A stretch of DNA of 64,000 nt from the NCBI GenBank assembly GCA_964016885.1, contig CAXHJY010001092.1, positions 8,618 to 72,617 of the forward strand. The letters run 5' to 3'. A program made the position numbers and the translations under genes. Under the pieces are notes generated by a model. That model made no database searches. It was not told the DNA's origin and saw only the letters and a list, made by a program, of their open reading frames with translations. How positions within the stretch are numbered: the stretch's first letter is position 1; every line of letters begins with the position of its first letter. This document shows, in pieces, positions 52,471-64,000 of this stretch. Origin of the DNA: Eledone cirrhosa (lineage: Eukaryota).

Positions 52471-55360
52471 ATATATATATATTTACATATATACATACAT
52501 ACAGGAGCTCATGGTTGACTTCCATATATATATATATATAAATATAAAAATATATATCATCATCATCATCATCATCACCGTTTTACGTCCGTTCTTCCAC
52601 GCTAGCATGGGTTAGACGGGTTGTCCTGTTGTGGGCAGTGTCTGGTCGGCTGACCATGCCTTGCTCATACAGGAACTGATCTGGCTTGATTTCTACAGCT
52701 GGATGCCCTTCCTAACACCAACCTCATTTACAGTGAGTGCTGGGTGCTTTTTCGTGGCGCCTACACGTCCACTTTACAGTGTGGGCTGGGTGCTTTTTTG
52801 CCGTGGCACCTCCACGACCACCTTGCGGTGGGGGGGGGGGGCATATTGTTTATATGCTTCAGCATGTACCCATGGGAGGTCGGGTACCCTGTATTACTGC
52901 GTGACGCCAGAAGTCACGGTCGTGTGTCATTGACTTTATATGTATATAAATGTATATATATATAACAAAGGAGTTGTGGTAAGGAACCAGATGGACCATA
53001 ACGCACCAGAGTACTCAATACTTAGGGTAGTAGAGTGGATAATAAGAAAATGTATGACCCTGACGGCAGAGCTCAAGCCATTTCGATGGCTATTTCTGGA
53101 CTAAATTAGAATTTACCAGACTAAAAATTCTAATTTAGTCCAGAAATAGCCGTCGAAATGGCTTAAGCTCTGCCGTCGGCGTCATACATTTTCCTATATA
53201 TATAGAATTAGAATTTAGCTTCAAGCATAGCTGTATACAGATATGTAATGGAATTTCAAAATTCCAATACATATCTGTATGCAGCTATGTTCGAAGCTAA
53301 ATTCTACTTCTATTCTATTTTATGTTGAGCCAAGTTATACAGCTTCATATGCAAATGTGATTAATCACCTCATTTACACAGACGAGAAAACTATATATTC
53401 TCACCTATTTTCAAAGTCCAGCAGTTGCAAGTGTGGAGCGATGAGAACCAGTTCAGTTGGAAATGCATCGACGATTGTCCCGCTTGCTTCTGCTGGACAC
53501 CACCAGGTGGCGATAGCTGCCAGTGTTTTTGCATAGCTATATATTCCATAATTCTCAGTCTTTTGGTATTTGTTATTCCATAATTCTCAGTCTTTTGGTA
53601 TTTGTTCTGTTCTTGTTTCCATTCTAATTGCCAAATTGTGGCACCAATTTCATACCTTGAAAACCATTCCGTGTGTATGCCGGTTTAGAATAGGTACACT
53701 GTATCCCTGCAGGTCGTAAGAGGCGACTAAAAGGGTTGGCACCAGGGAGGGCATCCAGCCGTAAAAACTAGCCTCATTAAGGACCTCTCCCCTTATGTCA
53801 GATGGCCCTGTATGGCTAACCCCTGCTTTGGTGGGGAAATATTACTTTAAAAGGTTTGTTGTTTCTTCTCATTCACAGCACCATTGTATTGCTGCTTGAT
53901 GGGTGACCTCTTAATTTGATCTTGTTTAGGTCAAGAAGGTCAACTGTGACCCAACCATTAAATTTGGTCTTCTTTAGTTCCTGTTTTATACCACATATCT
54001 CGAGGGTGTCAACAGTGACCTGACCTCTTTCAGGTGGTGTTGTATGTCTCATAGCTGGTGAATTGACAGAGTTGTTAGCGATCTTAGATTAACAATGCTC
54101 CGGTATTTGTTCTGCCTCACTGCTCTCTGAGTTCAAATCTCACCGACGTCAACTTTGCCTTTCATCCAATTGAGGTTGATAAAAAAAATACTAGTCATAT
54201 ACTGGGGTCAATGAATCATGTCTCTTTCTCTGGAAGAAACTAACTGCATTCTGATCAAGAGAGGGATGGGCTCTGACAGGTTTAAAATGGCCAAGACATG
54301 CCATGTGTCAGTACAGCACCCTCTACAACTCTATCAAGAGTTAAAGGCCCTTTACCCCAGCGCTTCTAAGATAATTTAAGTGCTTCTATGTTGCTGTTAG
54401 TCAGGTAGATGAAATCTTCCTCCAGTATAGTTGAGATAAGCAAAAGTACTACTCATGCTGGATCAAATACTACAGCAACTTCGTGATCTTTCAGTTAGTG
54501 CATATGAACACTTAAGTATGAAATTCTCCCTGATAACAACAAAGTTAAATTTCTCCCATATAACACAGAAAGCAAAAAATATCTGAGCACAACATTTGGT
54601 TGTAAAATAGTTACAGAAAAATGCAGATCTATGTTGGAAGTTTGAAGGCAAAATTACCACAGATATGGTAATGGTATCTAACATTTTCCCCAAATAACAG
54701 AGAACCTGTTGCAAAATAGTTACAGCAAAATGTGGTTTTGGGTTGGGAGATACAAAATGAATTTACCATCTATACCATGTAACAGAGTGACCCTGTTGCC
54801 CAAAAGAGTAATCTAACATTAAATAACGACCATGATGGACAACATATTATTCTTATTTTGGCCTGAATTCTGCCAGGCTTTTGCAAAGATTTCTTCCACT
54901 CTTTAAATAAATTGCTTCCACCTTTCCTTAATTCGATAGTCCTTGGTTGTTAGCAGCTTTAACAAAGTTGGATTGAATGGATCTGCTTTCACATTCCAGT
55001 CTCCTAAAACAATGAGAACATCTTTCTATGGAACTATCTTCAAGATTTTCTCTAGGTCCTCACAGAACTCTTTAACTGAACTTAATCTCAGATAAGTTCT
55101 CTACCAGACTGAGAACTGAACAGTTCTCTCTCTCTGTTGCCATCCCATTCTAACTCTACATTGAACACCCACCTTTCCTTAATTCCATAGTCCTTGGCTG
55201 TTAGCAGCTTTACAAAGTTGGACTGAATGGATCTCACAAATGTGGAGCTATGTAGCAGCTGCCCATGTAGCAAGACAATTTGCTCTATTTTCTACATGGT
55301 GTTTCCCTCTATGTTTACCACATGGTGCTACAGACAAAATGTGGTTACATATTGGGAGTT

Positions 55361-56200
55361 TCAAGATGAATTTACCATATATATCACACTTGTATTGTTT
55401 TCCATATATGTCATGTCATGTTAAACATCTGTCATGATACACTGCATATTATTTATTTTGATCTAAACCCTTGCCAGGTCTTTTGCAAGGATTTCCCCCA
55501 CCCTTTACATAAATCTGTTCTGTTCATCAGAATTCACAACAGTTCTTTAATGGGATGGATAACTTAACTAATGGTTCTGTAGTTCTGTCAGTTGACATTC
55601 AGTTTCCTGGTTTTTAAGGTCATAGCCTATAAGTGCCTGGTTTAAATGGTCATGGAATGTTAGGGCCTAGCTTTTATGGTCACCTTTTCTTTTCATGGCT
55701 TTTCAGGTTCTCCTTTTTTTAAATTACTAATTTTTAATGACCTGATTTTGCACTTCTCAGTACGGGACTTGAATATTTGAAGTGCCAGGATGAAATCAGT
55801 CTCCTTTAAGAACTTAGCTTTTTGTGTTAACTATTTTGTTCTGTGGGAAGTTTTGTGAAGGATCATTTTTTTTACTAGGGTAAGTTTGTGGCTGCTTAGC
55901 AAATTCTAAGAATCACAGTCTGTAATGGTTTATTGCTTCCAGGCCCAAACACCCCCACTGTCGCTGCCCACATTTCAGATGTCACCTAGGGGCTGCTTGC
56001 TGCAGTGTCAAGATGAATTTACCATATATATCACACTTGTATTGTTTTCCATATATGTCATGTCATGTTAAACATCTGTCATGATACACTGCATATTATT
56101 TATTTTGATCTAAACCCTTGCCAGGTCTTTTGCAAGGATTTCCCCCACCCTTTACATAAATCTGTTCTGTTCATCAGAATTCACAACAGTTCCTTAATGG
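55361..56200 (+). repeat. ~190-bp near-identical direct repeat (55361-55550 / 56008-56200)
   Basis: TCAAGATGAATTTACCATAT...GAATTCACAACAGTTC in both. Confidence 0.9.
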
Positions 56201-57232
56201 GATTAATCACCAAACTGTTAGTTCTGTAATTCTGTCAGTTTTAAGGTCCAATTTGACATGGTCATGTCTTTTAAGCTCCTGGATCTTTAAGTTCCTGTTT
56301 TTTTTTATTTTCCAGGTTAAAATATCCTATATTATTTTATATATTACTGATTTTTACAGACTTTGTTTTAGGCTTATCAATACTATATTTAAAATGCCAG
56401 GACAAAGTCAGTCTCATTTAAGATCTTAACTTTTGGTGTTGCTCTCTTGAAGGGCTTGTGAAGGAACACACTTCGTTTCTCAACCTAAACTGGTAGTTCT
56501 GTAATTCTGTCAGTTTTAATGTCATAGCTTTCAAGGTTCAGTTTTACAAGGCCATGGCTTTTAAGCTACTGGATTTAGTAACGAGGAAAAATATTTTTTC
56601 AGTAGAAAATGCTGAAGAGATTCTTTCAGTGTAATATCAAAACATTTATTTATTTATAAAGTGGATATTTCCTCATTTAATAATACCGGTTTCAGCATTA
56701 TATGCTTTTTCAATTGCAGATATGCATAATATAGTTATGTTGCATATTTATACGAATAATGAAAAGGAGAAGAAAAAAGATTAGTTTTTACATACATATT
56801 TAGAGAAGAGAGTTCATATCTCTGTCCATGTTTGTCCTTCTTTCTCTGTTAGTTGGCTGACAGATATATACATATATACAGCCCACACTGTAAAGTGAAC
56901 GTGTAAAAGACACAGCAAAAAGCACCCAGCCCACACTGTCAATGTGGTTGGCATTAGAAAGGGCATCCAGCCAGAAACACCCTTATATGAGCGAGACATG
57001 ATCACCCAACACAACTTGCCACAAAATAGGACCCGTCAATCGATGATGATATATATATATATATATTACATTCAAAGTTATAGATGTCATGTTTGAGATA
57101 ATCTCGAACATTCTATACGAATTGTTTCTTCTTAAAGTTTGATATATCCTATTATACATTTATATCATTAGATATTTATGTATGTATATATGTCATTCCC
57201 TATTTTTATATATATATAGATAGATATAACTA

Positions 57233-57275
<43 letters not shown>

Positions 57276-57599
57276 GAGGAGAGTTAGAACTATTGGAAAC
57301 ATGGTGGTACCATTTGATGTTCTTGGTGATCGTCAGGACTCCACTATTGAAGCTATCGGTATGATAGCAAACTATAATATCTACACTCTCCTTTTTTTAA
57401 GTATAGAGTTCTTCTCCCCCATCTATATATATCTCTCTCTTTATACGTACAATGTTTAAATTTTGTACTTGGCTTATATTTGTGTATTATGTGATAATAA
57501 AATAATTTTATGTTAAAAAAAAAATTGTTTTTATTTGTAATGTGCAATGCCAATAATGATAATAATGTTTTGCTTCTTACAAAGGCCACTATATCATCA

Positions 57600-58420
57600 T
57601 CATCGTTGTTACATATTTGCATGGGTCGTTTTCAGCACAGCCTCTCTCCACTCATCGCATTCCTTCATCGCCTCAGCAATTTGAGATCAGCTCTTGCCAT
57701 CTCTGTTCACATCTTCCTTGGTCTACCTCTCTTGCAGCTTTCCTCTACTGGGATTTCTTTAACCAGCAATCATCATCACATTTCTTCTTTCTTGCACACC
57801 ACTTCATATTCCTCTTAAACCCAGTTTTTCTCTCACATTTACATTGCACATCCAACAAAACATGGCTGCTTCATTTCTCTCCAGTCTACATGTGTCTTCT
57901 GCAGTCACTGCCCATGTTACACTATCATGTAGCAACACATGTCTTCTGCAGTCACAGCTCATGTTACACTATCATGTAGCAACACATGTCTTCTGCAGTC
58001 ACAGCTCATGTTTCACTACCATGCAGCATCACAGCATTGCATGTCCTCTGCAGTCACTGCACATGTATTCTGCAGTCACAGCTCATGTTTCACTACCATG
58101 CAGCACCACAGCATTGCATGTCCTCTGCAGTCACAGCCCATGTTTCACTACCATGCAGCACCACAGCATTGCATGTCCTCTGCAGTCACAGCCCATGTTT
58201 CACTACCATGCAGCATTGCATTTCACACACAGGTGTCATACAGTTGTCTTTTTGTACGTAGGGAGAAACCTTTTATAATTAACAGTGGAAGTATCTCCCT
58301 AAACTTCTTCCATCCTATCCTTATACATGTCTGTACCAAAGCCGTCTTCTTTCTTGCACACCACTTCGTATTTTTCTTCAAGCTCTGTCGTCCATATTAC
58401 ATTACATGTCTGACCAGTTG
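57600..58420 (-). mobile_element. Degenerate RTE fragment with internal tandem duplications
   Basis: Repeated CTGCAGTCACAGCCCATGTTTCACTACCATGCAGCA (reverse of MLHGSETWAV) about 6 times. Confidence 0.75.
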
Positions 58421-61319
58421 GCCATGCTATACCTTGCCCATAAAGGGACTGTATTTAGGCTGAGTTTTTGCTGTTGTTGGAGGCCCTTCCTAATCGCCAA
58501 ACATGTTTACAGTATCAAACTGGGTGGTCTCATTATGAGACAAGTCTGACCAATTGGCTGTGCCATAGGGGAACTGTATTTTGGGAGCTGGGTGATCCCA
58601 TTATATTCTGGCTAGTTGACTGCAGCATACATTGCTCATAATGGGTCAGTGTTTAGGCTGGGTTTTTACGGCTGCTGGATACCCTTTCTAACAGTAATCA
58701 CGTTTAGAGGGTGGAACTGTTATGAGACAAGTTGGTTGCACCATACCCTACATGGCGAAACCGGAACTGGGCGGTCCTGTTATGAGGCAACATCATACCT
58801 TGTTCATATTGGGGACCATGTTTTCATTGGGTTCCTTTCGTAAAAACACATAACTCCATATATGGTGTGGGCTATATATATACATACATATATACTCATG
58901 TAAAAGTCAAATTTTTTAAGGTTAAACTTTTACATGGATATTACTTTTAAGGGGCTTGTTATTTAAGCTAGAATCTAAAGTACCGTATCAGTAGCAGAAC
59001 CCCAACAGATCTCTAAACTAATAAAAACTAAAACACTATGAATTACAGTAATATTTCCGATTCTATGTATCAAAACACGTCTTAGTAAATAACAAAATCC
59101 ATAAGTAAGGCCGTGAAGCTCTTATGAATATTTACACTTGCTTTTTTTACTTGTATTCATCAAACTAATTTAGTGCAATCAGTTTATATCCCATGTTCTA
59201 CCAAGTGCACAAGAGGTTGTCAGGATTTTTAGACCTGGGAATACAAAATTTAATACTGCAAATGTGTGTGGTTGTGTTAGTATGTGCCCATATACAGGTG
59301 TATGCCAATGTATATGTGCATGGATGTAGGTATATGTATCAGTTTATTTGATCTTTGTTGACATCGTTCAGTTTACACTGGGACTGTGACAAAATCATTC
59401 TGGATTTTACGTTTGTGTAAAGAGGTATGTAATGTTTTATTTGCCATAAATTCATTCTAAACATTCACACAGATATTATTGAGATGCGAAGACACCTTTT
59501 TTTTATTTATGCATTCTTTCTTCTCAGAATAAAAACCACTAGACACATTTATCTATAGCCGTAAATTCATTCTAAACATTTCTAACACACACAACTACAT
59601 GTAACTCTCTTACACACATAAAAGCTACATTTATATATATAAACGTTCTTCACCTACTGTCTTCTAAGAACTAACCGCCCATATTTTAAGAATAACTAAA
59701 ACTTCTCTATATAGGGAAATGCTTTCAAGTTTTTTTTACTTCTGAGAAACAAAACTAAATAATTGTTTCTACTATTGGCACAAGGCCAGCAAATACCGAG
59801 TACATTACTGGTACTTTATTTTATCGACCCTGTAAGGATGAAAGGCAAAGTTAACCTCGGCGGGATTTGAACTCAGAATGGCAAGGGCCGTAACTCTATG
59901 CGTCAGAGCATGGCGTCCAACCCTATCTCTCGAACAGCAATGTTACATGGTAGTGAGACCTGGTCGCTGTGTGTAGAAGACTTGCTTAGATTAGAAAGAA
60001 ACAAAGCTTGCAAAGCATAAACGAATTTAGAGAGAGACTGAGCATACGAGCAATCAAATGCTGTGTGCAAAAAGTCGATGGGGGACCTGGGATGAGGTGA
60101 TAAAAGCTGACCTTGCTCCTCTCAAAGGCGACCGTGACCTCTGGTATCACGCAGTAATACAGAAGACCCGACTTCCCACGGGTACAAGCTGAAGCATATA
60201 GATAATATGCCCCCATCCTCTCCCACTGCAAAGTGGTCGTTGAGGAGCCACGACAAAAAAGCACCCTGCCCACACTGTAAATTGGCCGTGTAGTTGCCAC
60301 GGAAAAAAAGCACTCACTGTAAATGCGATTGGTGTTAGGAAGGGCATCCAGCTGTAGAAATCAAGCCAAAATCAGTTCCCTTATGAGCAAGACAAAGTCA
60401 CTCGACCTGGCATTGCCCACAACAGTACAACCCGTGCTAGCGTGGAAGAATGGACGTAAAATGGTGATACACGCACACCAACATTTATATATACATAGCT
60501 ATCTCTCCTAACTAAACATTCTCCCTATACACACATTTTTTACATCAAAGTGTCTACAGAGTATATATATGTATATGTGAGATTAGATACTGTATTCTAT
60601 AGAATACAACTTGGAATGACCAAATGAAGAAGAGTGAAATAATAGTCTAGTATTGGGGTCGATTCTTCCTCTAGAGGAAATCCGCTGTATTCAGACCTGG
60701 AGAGGAGATGGGCTCTGCCAGGTTTTAAAAAGTGCTCTAGAAACACTGTAGGGCAATGCGTTGCCTCTATGACTCCCTCGGGAATTACGGGTCCATACAT
60801 ACGGCTTGGAAGTCTTTAAAAACATTTCACATTGCTCCAGTAGTTAGTTAATCCTGTTATAGACCAATGCCCTATCCAGGGAGAGTCTTGTATTCTCAGA
60901 CATTGGTGAGAAGCTTAGAACAGACTTTAACTTATATATATATACGAAATTTAGGTTTAATCAATACATATATCGATGATTGGAATCATGGTCTTAAGAT
61001 TACACAAATCGATGCTAATTATTACATATATTTAGATTTCCCTATACAGAAGACCTGGGATGAGGTGATAAAAGCCGACCTTACCCAATTACACCTCTCA
61101 AAGGCGATGACACACGACCGTGACCTCTGGCGTCACGCAATAATACAGAGTACCCGACCTCCCATGGGTACAAGCTGAACGTGGTGGTGCCAGACACTGC
61201 GCACAACAGGTCAACCCGTCTAACCCATGCTAGCATGGAAGAACGGACGTAAAACTGTGATGATGAGATCTGTCACCATCTTGAAGTAAGTATATTTACC
61301 TACATATTAATTGTTCTGA

Positions 61320-61460
61320 ATATATGCACCGGTCTTCTACTCTATGGAGCAGAAACGTGACCCCTCACAATGACGATTGATATCTTCGACAGCAGAGCCC
61401 TGAGGACCATCTAAAACATCAGATGGGACCACCACGTTTCCAACAGAGTGCACGCAGTAG
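61320..61460 (+). mobile_element. RTE fragment
   Basis: PVFYS/LLYGAET*PLT...IFDSRALRTI*NIRWDHHVSN. Confidence 0.65.
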
Positions 61461-62093
61461 CCACACCTTCGTCGAGCAAGAAGAATAGATGTACAAAATA
61501 CTCGAATATAAGGTGTCTTTCTCCCTATCTTATGTCTGAGAAATGGGTAAAAATCCGAACCTTATTTACGTAGAATTTGAAGTTGGCGAAAATCGTCAAA
61601 CTATTGACTCCCTATATAAGTCAACCCTTTACGACATATTCCCTGGCTTCTATTCGTGTATATCCCGTTATATATGTACAAAATACTAGTAGTTCCTTAA
61701 TAGCTATATATCCCGTTATATTTATATATATAGAAACGGAAAGAAAGCGAGATAACACTTGGAATATGTCGTGTTATCTCGCTTTCTTTCCGTTTCTTTT
61801 TTTTTTAAAAAAGAAAGAAATTTTTAGCTATAAATATGCCTATTTGACTCTGTAGAATTGCGGCTTGTGCGTGGCGCTGCACGTAGCGTTTCTGGCTTCG
61901 CTGTCGTACTTCGGTATGGCATGACCACTCGATCGTGTCTGAAGTTCGAATCGTTGCGGGGGTCGGCCGGGACCACAGCAGGCTGGCTTTATGCTGGCCT
62001 GCTCTCCCCCTCGCATGAGTTTTTGCCAAACAATTCGATGAGAGTTATCTCCCCTTGATTTGAATTATTTGCCCTTTGTTTACATTGAACACT

Positions 62094-62223
62094 ACTTCCG
62101 GTTTATGGAACTCTTCTTCCTTTGTTGTCATTTATTTTCAGTGTATTGAAGCGGTAACATCATTCTACTTACTCTGGGACTATTAATGATATCGGATTGG
62201 ATTTTACGTGTAAAGAGGTATGT
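62094..62223 (+). promoter_or_regulatory. Candidate promoter / non-coding first exon of a downstream gene
   Basis: Locally CpG-rich stretch 61860-62040, ETS-like ACTTCCGG, donor GAG|GTATGT at 62218; paralogous exon end at 59424. Confidence 0.4.
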
Positions 62224-64000
62224 ATAGTTTTATTTGCCGTATATACACTCACAGGTATTATTGAGACACAAAAATATAATTCACGTTAGAAATATACATA
62301 CATAGAATTGTTCACTATAAACATTCCTTCTTGTAATGTTTTAGTTGCCATGTCTTTTAAATTTATTCTAAACACTCTTCAGAGAACTAAACCTAATATA
62401 TACACGTAACTACTTCTTCTAACTAAACATACATGTTACTTTACTATGAAGCATTTGTAAGGAAATATAACCAAGCTTCCTCTCTATACCCATTTTATTA
62501 TCTTCTGTATATAAATCCTATACACACACTCACAGATATATTCTATATACAAGAAGACACTTTTTCACGTAAATACATTGTTTCTTTCCAGAATAAAACT
62601 TCTGCAGACATATTTATGTATTAGCCGTAAATTTATTCTAAACATTCACTATGAGGAGGAATCTTAAGAACATACGTACATATATATATATATATATATA
62701 CATACATTTTTATCTCTAAGAACTAAACCTCCCTAGACATTATATTATCTTGGCAGATACTCATGAGGCACAATATACAATCTTGTTCATACTGGAATAG
62801 AAACTAAACCTTCTTTATACTATATACATCTTAATATATAACCTCCACTAAGAAACTAAACCATACAGCTATATTTTATTATCTTTCACATCTAACGAAG
62901 CATGGTAGCTCCATTCCTCTGCCGTGTATGTAGCTCTTATGGCTCTCAAGACTCTTTACTACTAGCATCCTCACCTGCTTGATAGCTACACCATCCATAT
63001 ATAAACGTTCTTCACTAGATACAAAACTAAACCTTTATATATACACAACTAACCTATTCTATATTCCTAAGGAACAGCACCAGACCTGGAGACTACTACA
63101 AGAAAGGTAAATAAATTGTGAAATAAAAGAATAAACCAGTCTTTTTCTTTGTTGCTTTATTATCTGTATATATATACCTCTTCCACTGTAGGAAGACAAC
63201 TACCTTCTGTCACTATATTAGTTTCATATTATATAAATAAATCCCCTCTTACACACACCTATTAGAAACAAGCCATCTCTATATACAGGGAAATAACATC
63301 TATGTAGACTTACTTCTGTCCATAAGAAACTGTATTCTATAGAATACATCTAAAGCGACATTACGTGTGTCTTTTGATATTATACACATGTATGTAGAAA
63401 CCTGGAAGTGAACATCATACACATATAAGATAAGTTGCGATCTGTACAGACACATCAATACCTTCTCGCTAGATTCTACACATACCCCTCTTAAGAAACT
63501 ACTATTGTTCTTGTAGTTGTGTATAAGCTTCTCACACTAGAACGTATACATGCTTTCTAAGAAGCAAGAGAGCTAACAGTATCTACAGTAGTGTGTAAAT
63601 AGAAAGGAACTGTATTCTATATATTATGTCACACACAAAACTTACTTCATGTCTATAATATACCTTCTTCTCTATATTGGAAGAAGTACCTCCATTATAT
63701 ATAGACGCTGTGTTCAATAGAGTAGAGTATGTAGAATTATGTATACACAATTACCTCTTTCTTGAAAGAAAGATACATTGTTCTCTACTAATCTTCATAT
63801 TGTAAATTTAGATCTGGGAAGTTACACTTTCCACAATAAAAAATAAAGGTTGATTTCTCTTAATACTTTGTTCTGTAGACACTATATAAATGTAGCTCCA
63901 AGTTAAACCTTGTGTGTATATATGCACTTCTTTCTATAGAATACATATTAATACCCTTATATCTCTAGAGAGAAGGAAATAAACTACTGTATTATATAAA

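Overview
AT-rich eukaryotic (metazoan) genomic DNA packed with microsatellites [(TA)n, (CA)n, (GA)n, (CCA)n, (ACT)n, (TTC)n]. The SINE/RTE repertoire suggests an octopod cephalopod; this is inferred from repeat families and not confirmed by search. Almost all ORFs in the supplied track are microsatellite artefacts. One complete host gene could be rebuilt by hand: PrimPol (AEP primase-polymerase), + strand, 14 coding exons from 28442 to 51457. It totals 2160 nt (719 aa plus stop), every intron is GT-AG with consistent phases, and the catalytic and zinc-finger motifs are intact. It carries an unusual His/Pro-rich repeat insert between motifs II and III. The rest is transposon debris: tRNA-derived SINEs, RTE/CR1/CRE LINE fragments, Penelope-like GIY-YIG fragments, mariner/maT fragments and MITEs. 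The most striking unannotated signal is a dense population of hammerhead-ribozyme (HHR) motifs. There are about 13 type I motifs with covarying stems and mostly palindromic stem-III loops, 2 ultra-minimal motifs near GIY-YIG remnants, and 2 atypical type III-like folds. They sit in short non-coding, (TA)n-associated elements that repeatedly form fold-back palindromes, consistent with a Penelope-dependent retrozyme-like system. All structures were derived by eye; none has been computationally folded or tested.
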